A stretch of DNA of 63,277 nucleotides, filler included, from Octopus bimaculoides (GCF_001194135.2; 6 parts of 5 records of this genome joined end to end with filler, not necessarily neighbours in it), one strand, 5' to 3'; shown: positions 12,416 through 25,825, counted from the first letter of the whole stretch. The notes: generated by a model not told the origin, from the sequence alone. Made by a program: numbers and translations.

Positions 12416-13760
12416 TAACATTTTTCCACTTACGTACACAAGCACACATGCGTACACACAATGTAACATTTGTATGTTACGTGAGCAGCATTAAACCCTT
12501 ACGCCATTAAACGTGAAACAGTAGTAGCAACAGAGTTTCAACTAAACCCTGTGGTAAATGTCTACGCTCTAGTTTTGCATTAGGTACATCTCTCGTTATA
12601 AAAATCCAATGTATAAATGTACACAAACACAAGCATAAAAATATATGCACATGAACACACACATGTAACTATATGCAACCACACACTCATACAAAGACAC
12701 ACATACACATGTATATGATATTTATAAACGATGACTAGAAGCAAAATCGCTTGCCTTATGGGTGCCTAAGAAATCATCATTTAATACGTGATTATTATGT
12801 ACACTGGGGCGTAGTACCCTTACATACAACAGCACATCACTCCGTATTTCAGACTTTGATATATATATATGTATATATATANNNNNNNNNNNNNNNNNNN
12901 NNNNNNNNNNNNNNNNNNNNNNNNNNNNNNNNNNNNNNNNNNNNNNNNNNNNNNNNNNNNNNNNNNNNNNNNNNNNNNNNNNNNNNNNNNNNNNNNNNNN
13001 NNNNNNNNNNNNNNNNNNNNNNNNNNNNNNNNNNNNNNNNNNNNNNNNNNNNNNNNNNNNNNNNNNNNNNNNNNNNNNNNNNNNNNNNNNNNNNNNNNNN
13101 NNNNNNNNNNNNNNNNNNNNNNNNNNNNNNNNNNNNNNNNNNNNNNNNNNNNNNNNNNNNNNNNNNNNNNNNNNNNNNNNNNNNNNNNNNNNNNNNNNNN
13201 NNNNNNNNNNNNNNNNNNNNNNNNNNNNNNNNNNNNNNNNNNNNNNNNNNNNNNNNNNNNNNNNNNNNNNNNNNNNNNNNNNNNNNNNNNNNNNNNNNNN
13301 NNNNNNNNNNNNNNNNNNNNNNNNNNNNNNNNNNNNNNNNNNNNNNNNNNNNNNNNNNNNNNNNNNNNNNNNNNNNNNNNNNNNNNNNNNNNNNNNNNNN
13401 NNNNNNNNNNNNNNNNNNNNNNNNNNNNNNNNNNNNNNNNNNNNNNNNNNNNNNNNNNNNNNNNNNNNNNNNNNNNNNNNNNNNNNNNNNNNNNNNNNNN
13501 NNNNNNNNNNNNNNNNNNNNNNNNNNNNNNNNNNNNNNNNNNNNNNNNNNNNNNNNNNNNNNNNNNNNNNNNNNNNNNNNNNNNNNNNNNNNNNNNNNNN
13601 NNNNNNNNNNNNNNNNNNNNNNNNNNNNNNNNNNNNNNNNNNNNNNNNNNNNNNNNNNNNNNNNNNNNNNNNNNNNNNNNNNNNNNNNNNNNNNNNNNNN
13701 NNNNNNNNNNNNNNNNNNNNNNNNNNNNNNNNNNNNNNNNNNNNNNNNNNNNNNNNNNNN

Positions 13761-13801
<41 letters not shown>

Positions 13802-13820
13802 CACAATAATAATAATAATG

Positions 13821-13888
<68 letters not shown>

Positions 13889-13891
13889 CAC

Positions 13892-13946
<55 letters not shown>

Positions 13947-14436
13947 TAATGATAATGGTAATAATAATAATAATAAATTTAAAATAGCATTAGGGATATT
14001 AATACTAAACATATATTCTACACAATCACCACCCAATAAAATAACGCAGCACATATTTCTATATAATCAACACCCAATACTATAACACGTCGTGCACATT
14101 AAAAACCAACAGGCAATAAAACTCATATCCTTTCCAGCCAATAACAACGAAACCCATACTGTACGCAGTCGACACAATTTCCGCTCAAAGCAATAAAACA
14201 TAACACATTTTACTCAACGCAAACAGTAGCCAGTTCTGAAACTCGTATGACATAGCACTTCTTGAATACAACAAACAGAAGGAATGCATGCAAAATATAG
14301 AAATGCCAATTTCAGGCGTCCACCAAAAGATTTCTTCAAACATATCTGGAACAGGTGAGTGACTTTCATAATGGAGGAAAAAATCATGTATAAGTATTGA
14401 AAAGAAACAAAGCCGTAATGATGGTTTGAAAGACTA

Positions 14437-14620
14437 GCACAAGGCCAGCAGTTTCGGAGGAGATGGATGGTCGATTATATTGACCCCAATGTTCAACTGG
14501 TTCCCGTTTTATTGACCCCGAAGGGATGTAAGGAAAAATCGAGCTCGACGAAATTGGAAATGAGAATGAAGCGCCGTGAAGTATTTTGCCCGGCGAGCTA
14601 ATCTTCCTGCCAGCTGGCCG
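14437..14620 (-). mobile_element. SINE family B, degenerate
   Basis: GCACAAGGCCAGCAGTTTCGG...ATTTTGCCCGGCGAGCTAATCTTCCTGCCAGCT matches the reverse of family B. Confidence 0.75.
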
Positions 14621-14869
14621 GTTTAGTATTGTTTCAAACTTTTGGTACAAGCCCAGTGATTTCAGAAGAAGAGCAAGGATAAAGGTACTTCCCGAGTCAT
14701 ACAGACTCATAAAGCCGGTTTCCCGGGTACTCTAACGTGTAAAACCCCATCACTTCCTCAATGAGGCACTGATCTGACGTAGGGTTACACATTTTTCCCA
14801 GTTGAGTGGACGTCCACCAAAAGATGACCGAACAATTCTGGCTTATGAAGATAAAGCTATATGAAGATA

Positions 14870-14903
14870 AATACTACTACTACTACTACTACTTCTACTA
14901 CTA

Positions 14904-14936
<33 letters not shown>

Positions 14937-15018
14937 CTTCTTCTTCTTCTTTTTCTTCTTCTTCTTCTTCTTCTTCTTCTTCTTCTTCTTCTTCTTCTTC
15001 TACTACTACTACTACTAC

Positions 15019-15062
<44 letters not shown>

Positions 15063-15070
15063 GCAATAAT
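14870..15070. repeat. Compound (ACT)n/(TCT)n/(AAT)n microsatellite
   Basis: Direct reading. Confidence 0.95.
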
Positions 15071-15109
15071 AATTTCCCAGAAAGGGAAATTGAAGACCTC
15101 ACATTCAGT

Positions 15110-15350
15110 ATATTATTTACATTTGGTGGTTATTTGTCCTCATCTTGTTTGTTCTTAACAAGTTTCGGCTGATATACACTCCAGCCTTCATCAGGTGTCT
15201 TGGGGAAATTTCGAAACTGATTTCTCATTCCTAAGGTATTTTCTATATTGTCATTATTATTATTATTATTATTATTCAGGTCGCTGCTTGAAATCGAACT
15301 CGGAAGCTTGGCGTTAGTAGCCCACGCTCTTAGCCACTGCGCTATATGCC
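15110..15350 (-). mobile_element. tRNA-headed SINE-like element with (TAA)n spacer and hammerhead-like CTGATGA..GAAAC core
   Basis: Minus strand: GGCATATAGCGCAGTGGCTAAGAGCG (A box) ... GAGTTCGATTTC (B box), then (AAT)n, then CTGATGA-A-GGCTG-loop-CAGCC-GAAAC. Confidence 0.6.
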
Positions 15351-15354
15351 GGTG

Positions 15355-16031
15355 AGAAATTATGGAGTGAATGTTTAGAGCTTATAAATCAGTGGTGTTA
15401 GATGTTAACAATTATAGAAGAATTTGAGCAGGAATAAACTTACAAATACCTCGAAATGAATGAGGGCTCTGGCATTCAGCATGCAAGCATGAGAAAGATG
15501 ATCAAAAAGAAATGTTACAGGAGAGTTCGAGCGGTCCTAAATTCCAAGTTAATTGCACGTAAAAAGATGTTAGCTATATATTCCTTAGCAGTTCCGCTTG
15601 TTATTTACAGTTTCAATGTATTGAACTGGAATATGAGCGCAATAAGGAAGACTGACAAGAAAATCCATAAGCTGCTGATTTGCAATAAGATGCACCACGC
15701 AAAGGCAGATGCTCAGGGTAGTCGAGGCTTGATCTAATTTGAAATCTGTTACAGAACCACCACAATTAGGCTGGCAAAATGTCTTGAAGCTCGTTGAAAA
15801 CCACATGCGATGTAAGACGCTTCATTCCTTTATGAAGGAGATTAAAAAAATTTCTAGCGATTTTATGCATAATACCCAGGTTTAAGAGCATGATGGAAGT
15901 GCAGCAAATGTAGTTGCAAAGAAGGTGACATCAATAGCAAAATAAAATGTGTTTGATCAATTGGCTGATGGTTGGGAACAAAACCTCTATACGGCAAATA
16001 TGTGGCAAACGATCTGATGTACACCAGAAGC
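15355..16031 (+). mobile_element. R4/Dong-type non-LTR retrotransposon fragment 1 (RT thumb region), pseudogenised
   Basis: TYKYL..CYRRVRAVLNSKL..AIYSLAVPLVIYSFNVLNW..KMHHAKAD..GSRGL..WEQKPLYGKY. Confidence 0.85.
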
Positions 16032-17143
16032 TCAGTAACAAAACGGGCAAAGGAATATTTAAGTGAATTCCAAATACAACAAATCCCAGAATTAGCTTTA
16101 CTGGAAACAAGCACAGAAACGGCTAAGAGTATGAAAACCTCTGCTAAAACTGCTGCCTTAGATATTCTTACTGATAAATGGAAATAAAAACCTCTCAATG
16201 GCAAATACCCAAAGAGAGCTAACAGTGTCGATGTTGACAAAATCCTTACCCATCAATGGTTAATGTCTTCTTGCTTAAAATCAGAGACACAAGGATTTAT
16301 GATAGCAGCCCAAGATCAATGCCTATCTACTTGGTGCTACCAGGCCAATATATTAAAGAACGGCAGAAGGCCAAAATGTCGTGTATGTAAACAACAAAAT
16401 GAAACCATTGATCATGTTGTCTCTGTGTGCAGTCTTTTTGCGACTACAGAGTATCTCAACAGGCGTGATAGAGCAGCACAATATATTCACTGGGTGATTT
16501 GCAAAAACCTGGACCTTCTCCGTGATAAACACTGGTGGGAACACAAATCACCACCAGGTCTTGAAAATGACCAAATCTCACTTCTCTGGAACTGACCTGT
16601 TCAAACTGACAGAGAAGTAGATGCGAATAGGCCGGATATTATATTGAAGGACTTCAGACAAAAATCATGCCTCCTCATTGATATGACTGTCCCAATCGAC
16701 ATAATCAGTCAAGACCTACCAAAAAACTGAGCAAGTATAAAGACCTTGAAACAGAAATTGGCAAAATGTGGAATCTCAATAATTAAAATAATACCTGTTG
16801 TCAGGGGTGATTGCTAACGAGTTCAGATACCAGGAAAACCCAAGATGGCAGAAATTCAAAAGAGAGTACTCATGGGAACTGCTCATTTCCTACGTAAGTT
16901 ACTGTCTATGTAATCTCCAATTTTAAAATAAACTTATAATATTCTTAGGTTTCCTTAAACTTTCTCTCGAACAATACTTTATGCAAAACCAAATATATGG
17001 TACTCTAGGCGGAACACCAACTCTAACTTCTAATTTGTTGTCTCTTGAGGTCTCAGGGTGAGACGTGGTGTCAACTTGTACAAATACAAAGCAAAATTCA
17101 AATATATAATAATATTTGTATAATAATAATAATAATAATAATA
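16032..17143 (+). mobile_element. R4/Dong-type LINE fragment 2: CCHC knuckle, restriction-like endonuclease, 3' UTR and (TAA)n
   Basis: LKSETQGFMIAAQDQ; CRVC..ETIDHVVSVC (16377-16430); NRPDI..IDMTVP (16627-16694, PD-(D/E)xK type). ORF ends ~16910; (TAA)n at 17121-17143. Confidence 0.9.
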
Positions 17144-17229
17144 AGTGAACGTTTGGGTATATTCAGTATAGCAGAAAACATAAGAGAATTAATTAAATTT
17201 AGCATGAAGGAAAGTAGATCTCAACTCAG

Positions 17230-17690
17230 GTGACACAGTCTTCGTGTCTCAGGCAAATTCTAAATTTTGGCTGGAACTTAAAAACTGGACACCTTATTAG
17301 AATGAAGGATAGAATGATCCCTATGCAGATGCTGTATAGGGAACTTATGAATAGAAAGAGACCCTGGCAGAAACCAAGGCTGCGATTTAAGGACTGTGTC
17401 AAGTCCTCATTAAAGGCCTGTGTCAAGTCCTCATTAAAGGCCTGTGATATGCAGGAGACTGACTAGGAGAGCAATGCCTGTCATCGTCACATATGGAGGA
17501 AGCAGGTTAATAAGGGGTCGACACTTTTGAGAGAGCACTATTCTGTATGAAGGATTTAAGCATGCTCGAATGCGCACTGCTGGTGTAGTGAATGGGGAAA
17601 GCTTTGTTTGAAATGTCTGCAGTCGTGTATGCTTGTCAAGAGCAGAGTTCATTAGCCACTAACGGAGCCACAAGTGCAAAATATAAGTTA
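17230..17690 (+). mobile_element. RTE-clade LINE 3' end, decayed
   Basis: TGHLIRMKDRMIPMQMLYRELM..RLRFKDCVKSSLK, plus C-terminal finger remnant FV*NVCSRVCLSRAEFISH*RSH. In-frame 24-bp tandem duplication at 17394-17441. Confidence 0.8.
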
Positions 17691-17810
17691 GTCCCAGAGC
17701 GCACATTATTCCTGAAGGTCACCAATGGTCTTCCTTGGTCATGAGTGGACGGCCATCATGTATGAATGTTTGTATGTGTGCATGTATGTATATATACATA
17801 CATACATATG

Positions 17811-17841
<31 letters not shown>

Positions 17842-18316
17842 NNNNNNNNNNNNNNNNNNNNNNNNNNNNNNNNNNNNNNNNNNNNNNNNNNNNNNNNNNN
17901 NNNNNNNNNNNNNNNNNNNNNNNNNNNNNNNNNNNNNNNNNNNNNNNNNNNNNNNNNNNNNNNNNNNNNNNNNNNNNNNNNNNNNNNNNNNNNNNNNNNN
18001 NNNNNNNNNNNNNNNNNNNNNNNNNNNNNNNNNNNNNNNNNNNNNNNNNNNNNNNNNNNNNNNNNNNNNNNNNNNNNNNNNNNNNNNNNNNNNNNNNNNN
18101 NNNNNNNNNNNNNNNNNNNNNNNNNNNNNNNNNNNNNNNNNNNNNNNNNNNNNNNNNNNNNNNNNNNNNNNNNNNNNNNNNNNNNNNNNNNNNNNNNNNN
18201 NNNNNNNNNNNNNNNNNNNNNNNNNNNNNNNNNNNNNNNNNNNNNNNNNNNNNNNNNNNNNNNNNNNNNNNNNNNNNNNNNNNNNNNNNNNNNNNNNNNN
18301 NNNNNNNNNNNNNNNN

Positions 18317-18367
<51 letters not shown>

Positions 18368-18419
18368 CGCATGTAGCAGTCTTCAAATATGTTGTATTCT
18401 TTTGAAGATAGTGAAAATG

Positions 18420-19172
18420 ACATTATATTCTTCCATTCTGTTTATAGCATGATTTGGGGGTAACTGGGCAATATCTATATGCGCTCGATAGGGAACAAAT
18501 TTCAGACTCTTTCTGTTACGCTGTCTATCATTTCACATTTTATATTTTAATTATATGGCTTTCCTTCAACTTCGCAATGACGTTTAGATTTTTAGGTGGT
18601 AGACTCTAGAGTGTGCATGTTTTGTCTATCTGTCATTGAAGATCCCGCTAGTGAATTTCGGCCTGTCAAATTGTGATACTGAATTATTATAAAATATCCT
18701 TGTTCTGTAATCTATAAAACAGACTCCATGTAATGACATGTCCTTCTGACGCAATTACATAAATTTGCCGAAACTTTCTTTGTTGTCTTTTGATATGTGG
18801 TTTCATAGGAGCTCTTTAGTACTTCTGTTTTGGTACAGGCGTAGCTACGTCAGGTATTTCTTGTGATACATAGTTTCTCTCCTTTACGTTCATGAAGGTA
18901 TGTATTAAATATTTTTCTTGGATGAAGTTGCTCTTTTTATATTTTGTACTGTCTTAGCATAAGTATTGGTATTTCTCTTTGAATCCACCTGATTTTAAAG
19001 CTTCATTGTAGAACAATGTTGTTTAGTGGACGAATTCTCTGTCAGATGAATATTTTGATATTCTTACATTAGTGGATAATGATTTAATCATGGATGGTGG
19101 CCGAGTGGAGAATATGATTTTATGTAACGATATTTCACTAGGCGTTCTCTCGATGTAGTGTTCAAGTACAAC

Positions 19173-19175
<3 letters not shown>
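18420..19175 (-). mobile_element. Decayed Penelope-like element (RT C-terminus, linker, endonuclease remnants)
   Basis: Minus-strand TRPPSMIKSLSTNVRISKYSSDREF (cf. NHPPSIIK..RRIS..SS), FYNEALKSGGFKEK, SYAC and IAKLKE. Confidence 0.6.
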
Positions 19176-19209
<34 letters not shown>

Positions 19210-20579
19210 ACATACATACATACATACATATATATATATATATATCGCTTAGAATACTGACAATAATAAAATTGATGACCTTAGAAGACATAAAACATTG
19301 AACCATGTGAATAACTCTTCAACATTCACAAAAATGTACGTGTGAACCTCGCACATATATTACAAAACATAATGGGAAACATACCACAAAAGAATGTGGA
19401 AAAAGAAAAATGTTCTATCGAATAAAAAAGGGAAATGATCCTGCAATTGAAAGAAAGAAATAAGTGACTGACCTATGAAAGTCAAGCTGGATAACATGCT
19501 TTGAACAAATAAGAGCACTTCTTCAATAAAAAGAATATATTTGAAACAAATACTAAAACTATTCTATCAGGAAATAAATAAATACAAAAAAGAAAACGGA
19601 TATTGTATTGGCAAATACCTTCAATAACAAATGAATTTCACTCACATTGCGAGAACATACGTAAGGGGAATATATAGTATGATAAATATGTGGATTGGAT
19701 TAGAAAGATGAAGTGGGGCACTAAAAAAATACAACACCCCAATCATATTCCATCAAATGCTGAGGAGATTCTACCATCACAGACGAAACTAACAGCAACT
19801 AGAAGGCTCTTGAGATTGACAAAAACCCAAAGTTTCTGATGAGATTACTTCATCATCATTCATGAAGACGCAAAAACAGAATTCCATGAATTACGGTAGG
19901 GGCAAGAATCAATAGCTTATTACAGAGGTACTAGAGAAGAAAACAAAACATTATTTTTTTAAAAAGCACTAAGGGCCTATAAATCTACACATCAATAGTG
20001 TTTTTCTTCCTGTTGTTTCTAAGCACAGGAGCGCTCATTTAGCAAGAATATGATCAAAGACGTTTAAGCCTCAACGTGCTCATTGTGTGCTCAGAACGAC
20101 ATTGTCTAATAAGCTTTTGTTAATATTTTAGGGCTTCATGTATGAAAGTGTTTATTCGACTTAGATTTTAAAAGAAAGTTCCTAGTTAGAATCCAGTCTA
20201 ATATTATATATATCCATATATTGATATAAACATCTAATGGGAATCAAACTAATACAACTTGTTGGTATTGTTTATTGTTTGTTGTTTCCCTCGGTCACTA
20301 GAAATTTATCATTATCAAAGAAATGTCAAGTGTGATAATCTCCTTTTAATGCTCTGTTTGAATGCATATTTGAATGTGTCCTTCACTTTTTTAAGCGGTT
20401 GGATGTATAGAAAATAGATTTAGCTACTATTTACAACTGCTTGGAAACCACTCACTAGTTCTCCTTTTGAATCACGAATAACCTGTTTATCAGCAACTAT
20501 ACTCTCCTTGAGGTTAGCTATTCCTTTAGAAAATAATAATAATATATACCTCAGGATAAAAAAAAGTATTGGAAATATA

Positions 20580-20740
20580 TGTACGGAAGCAAACAAAAAG
20601 GAAATATCTACTCGTAAACCAATATACTATTGATGATAGCAGAAAGAGAAAAAAGTATTTGAATATGGTATGTATTGATTACCGAAATTCTTTGGCAGCA
20701 TAACTCAGTCTTGGACGCCGCTGGAATACACTACATAAGC
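20580..20740 (+). mobile_element. Ancient R4/Dong-type RT remnant
   Basis: KQKG..DDSRKRKKYLNMVCIDYRNS (cf. EQKG..KNLSMAWIDYKKAFD). Confidence 0.4.
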
Positions 20741-21599
20741 AAATAAACAAAAAAATACTTAATTTCAACATAATATCAACATAAAAAATATTGATATTAC
20801 GAGATATAGGGAAGGAAGATCGAACCAAATCAGATCCCAATTGCTTTAACCAGATATTTGGTCACTGACAACTAGATTACTTCTCCAATATCGGCCGATG
20901 TTCGAGAAAAAGCGGCCAAATTTCCAGCAATCACAGCCTGTTTTTGTTTTCTTAGGCAGTAACTGCAGATAAATAAGATGGCGTGGTGTTTGGCATGCTT
21001 GGACCTAAGCAACAACTCAGTTCAGAGATTAACGCTGACTGTAGTGAAGATTTTACTCCGGAAATTTTTCAAGTTAATCTATACATCTGCCACCCTATAT
21101 TATTGTCGTTTTGAATAGTATACCGCATTCCGAAAGGTGACGCTAGGAGAGTGAATTATTTAGTAATCTATTATATATCGTATGTCCTGATGCCTGGTCC
21201 AATTAGAATTAAATCAATCTCAGTGAAGTCATTGACTTTGTCACAAAAAGACACCACCCTCCATGTGGTACCATGAACAGGATCTTTAACACTGTATTCT
21301 CTGAAGTTAGAAGTCTGTTATAATCCTGTCCTCTTCAAATATAAAATGACCAATTCCCGAGTTAAACTGCTGAAAATGGTTCCAGTCTGCTGACAGTTGC
21401 AGTACGTCTTTACTAAGACACAGATGAGCTAGTCTAGCATGTTGAAATGAAACTCGTTGAGCCCACCACTTTATTCCAGTGATTTTCCATTAGCTCAATA
21501 CCCTCAACATAATAGACGTAGCGACTTTCGAACTATTTCTTCTTGTAACCTGCGAGCTGACAGACATTCTCCCACAGTCAGCAATTGACAGATATAAGA

Positions 21600-21760
21600 C
21601 AAACAAGACTTGTTTAGATCAAGATATCAAAGGCCAATTACAGTCCAATATCAAGCCCAAGACAGCGTCTTAACAGTTGTAAGCTCCATGACACTTTCTT
21701 GGCTGCTACACAGGTCTACGTGGAATATTTTACATCGAGATTTGAGACTTCGCATGTACA
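21600..21760 (+). mobile_element. Possible Tc1/mariner (maT/rosa-like) HTH remnant
   Basis: HRSTWNILHRDLRLRMY resembles SRSTVxRILxxDLxLxPY. Short match only. Confidence 0.3.
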
Positions 21761-24700
21761 CAGAAACATACAGTCACACATACACAGACACATACAGAAG
21801 CACTGACACCTCGAAGAATCCGGATGGATTTAGCCGTTAGCCTGCTAGAAAGAGCATAGGTGAAACCTTTGTGTCAGTGATACCATTTACCTAGTACATT
21901 TGTTTCCAAAGCGGTCCATTTCCTGTCCAATTCAGCACCTTTATATCAAAGTTTATATAGAGGAAAATTGAAACGCAAACTACTTACGTAGATATCTGAG
22001 ACATAATCCATATCTATCTTTGTGCACTAAATTAAAAGTGATAAGTGGTCAGGCGAATGTACATTAATAACAGTATTTGAAAAGACTTACTCCGAAAATG
22101 GAAAAGACCTAACATTCACGGTACGTGAACTGACTAATGATGCAAGGTTCACTGTGGAATTGTTTACCTATACTGTGATTGACTCAAGCAACATAAAAAT
22201 CGAATGCAAGAACATGCATACCACACACCCGATAACTGCACCACATTTTCCCATAGTATACTGACATTCATAAAAACCATAAAAAGCATTACAGAACACG
22301 TTGTTTTAAAAACAAATATTTCAAGATAATAAGATTTCAAGAGAATATTAATAAAATGTTAGACAAAAATTTACTTCTGGAAGTGTCCAGAACACGCCGA
22401 AATTACGGATCACCTGTCCTTTCACGAGAATAATGAAAATATGTCTTTAGAACATTCTTCCATCACTCTTACGCAGCTTTGATCAGAACAGACTGTGTGA
22501 ATTTTTTCGACTGGGGTTGCATTGAAAAACAGGGCGACATCGAATATTAATCACGAGATATAGATGTGGTGCCTCTCAGTGAGACCAGAATTGCTGTTTC
22601 ATGAATCCTTATGCCCGTTTCCGAGGGCTATTAATTGTACGCTTCTCCATGCCAAACGGAGATCGAGAGACAGAGTTGTATTTATTTGTTTCGAAAAGGA
22701 CTTCATATCAGAATACTAACAATCTTTCTGGACCCAGGGTATAAACTGCTATTATTGGTCGCCACCAACAGCGAAGGATATACCTCCAGGATAGGAGCAG
22801 TCTACACCAACCAGTTTCTTGTTATGCTCCAAGACGTCTTCCAATGTATGACATCCTCCTTATTGCTAGTAAGTAATTGGAATTACATCTTTGATATTCC
22901 GTAGTAAGCTTACATGATGGGTAGAGACAAAAGCCTCGATCATCTGTTCAGATGTTTCTAAATGTCTGATAGGTACCGACATAATTTCTTCAACATGACA
23001 AAGTGGAGCTGATGAGACTGCATCACGTCATCTAAAACGTATCTTGATAGAGCATACTGTAGGCCAGTAGATAGTGATAGCTTCGGTTGTCCACAATTTA
23101 AGGTTGCTAAACAGACCACACATTTATTATCAGTGCGGTTGACCGAAATAATCTTCGCAGCGTAAACCAGGATCTTGGATGCTGAACGTATCATTGTAGG
23201 TACACCAAGTGTACAGAGACCAGATTATATAAGTAGGCATATATGGGGCAAACGTTAACAATAAATGGTGGTTCACCTGGAAAGAGCGAGTAGAGTCTGG
23301 TGATTCGATGAATTTTACAAAGACTGTTGCTATAGATCAGAGACATACTCATAAACTTAGAAGAGACATTTTGGAAAACATTGCAACCGACAGGGTCGCA
23401 GTGAGACTGGCCTTTGACAAGTACTTCAACGCTGAATACGAACTACGCATTGAGAGACGAAAGCAAGGCAAGAAGGATCTGAAGCCGTGAAATGAGCTCT
23501 AATAAATATGGCGTATCGTAGCAACAATGCCACAATTCGGTCTTTGGTGTAACGTACTAGATTCCAAGCAAATGCATGAAGCTTTTTAGCAGTAATTCAC
23601 ACAAGTGCCCGTGACGTGTAGTGGTCTTGGGCGGGGAGTGAACTTCAATGGCTGCCTTTACGGTCTACAGAGACTCTCCGTCACGGAGACGGTATACTGG
23701 AAAGTCGATGAGAGTCACTCGAGATCCGAGAGCAAATCAAATAGTTGAGATAGTCCACCCTACAGACTTTAAGTTCATATGCCAGATTTATTCAGTAACA
23801 TTTTGACAGTTGTCTAGCGCAAAGGGCTAGTCTTCTAAGTCAAAGAATTGTACTGCTGTTGAGAAAGGACCAGAACAAAGAGAACGACATTGATAAGTTT
23901 CAGACAAAACTTTAAAGCACGGCAGCGCTCTTAGTTGAATTTGTCCGAACTGAGCGTAAAACGACTCAACAGACACCCTAGCACGCGTTCAGATCTCAAA
24001 TATAGGTGACTTGTAAATTTTGTCGAACAACTGTCATGGTGTACAGTACGCATTCAGATACTATCCATTTTCCTGTCTAAAATTTCATCTAGTACCTTTC
24101 TTTTTAATGTAGCGCAAGAGTTTGCAGCAAGGAGGGTGGTGAAGCATACGGAGAGCTCTAAGCACCGGAACTTGTCTATGTGACATATCTTCGTCAACTT
24201 TCTCAAGTACCACTTGAAAAGTGGGGGACACAATGAAATGAATAAGCATTTACTGAACGGTCAGTGAAAAAACAATTGGCGTTTGGGAATCGGTCAAAGG
24301 TCATTTGAATATTCAACAGAGAGGTCGACTATCTTTAAAAGACAGGGAATTCTTGGTGTTATATGAGTTTCGCTCATTCTCTTTCAGTGACTGTCCTCGT
24401 ACTGGGACATTTCGAAATATATTGTCAGGTTATATCGTGTGTGTATCCTATCAAACTCAGTCAAATTCATATTTTTGTAAATTCTCTTTCTAATATTTTC
24501 TAACCGATCATCCTCATGTCAAAGTAAAGAAATTACAGTTATTAATGACATCATCATCATCATCATCATCACCAACATTATCATCACTGCCGTCGCCGTC
24601 GTCATTTCCTAGTGTCTATATGTAAATTTATGTAGATATGGCGGTATATTAATACATGTACATACAAACAATTTTACACACTCATTCACATACACGCATA

Positions 24701-24894
24701 CATACACATATTAAAATAAATATCCGTATAAATACATGCATACAGAAACATACAGAGTCCTGAATACACGCTTAAAAAGAGATAACTAAGCATTTAAATA
24801 CTACTTTTACTCACAAACGTGACAGATTTATGAGCCACGTGGTATATGTCATGTCTAAATGTTGCACTCTAACGGATTACGTATTTCTTTGTGT

Positions 24895-24925
<31 letters not shown>

Positions 24926-25009
24926 AGCGTGTGTATGTGCATGTATATGTATATGTACATAAACACACACACAAACATATATGTATGTATATGTGTAAAA
25001 GTATATAGA

Positions 25010-25078
25010 GATAAATAGATAGAAAGTGAGAAAGATAGATAGATAGATAAATAGATAGAAAGATAGATAGATAAATAA

Positions 25079-25109
<31 letters not shown>

Positions 25110-25131
25110 TATAGATAGATAGATAGGTAGG

Positions 25132-25194
<63 letters not shown>

Positions 25195-25235
25195 CTAGAT
25201 AGACAGACAGATAGATAGATAAATAGATATAGACA
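25010..25235. repeat. (GATA)n/(GACA)n microsatellite
   Basis: Direct reading. Confidence 0.95.
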
Positions 25236-25825
25236 TATAAATATGTGACCATGTTATGTGTACTTATTTAAAAAATCTGAAAGATCGATTGGATGTCAAA
25301 AATAAAACGTGAACCGCATTGATAATATGCATACACGTATTACGTTTCTAAATGCATGTACACATAAATAGACAATGACATATCTCCATCTATAACTATA
25401 ATGATACATACACACACACGCACACTAACAGTCACACACATACACTTTGCAAGAAGTAAAGTTATTTATAAATAATGTGGTCTGTTACATGTGTGCGTGT
25501 ACATAAAGATATGTTTATGTATACTAGTTTGCACAATTGTGTTCATTTGTACTAATTTACCATCCTTTTGTACATTTGAATTACATTTGTCCTTACTTTT
25601 CTGTCTCACCTTGCATCTCATTGCAATGAAAAGCTATCTATCCACACAGATACACTCACACATATATGAATGTGTACTATATATGTGTGTGTGTTTGTGC
25701 ATATATATATATTTATATATATATANNNNNNNNNNNNNNNNNNNNNNNNNNNNNNNNNNNNNNNNNNNNTTAATTAATTAANNNNNNNNNNNNNNNNNNN
25801 NNNNNNNNNNNNNNNNNNNNNNNNN

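Noticed and set aside
14316-14360. Micro-exon ending in CAG|GTGAGT
   Set aside because: Good donor but a poor polypyrimidine tract and no partner exons.
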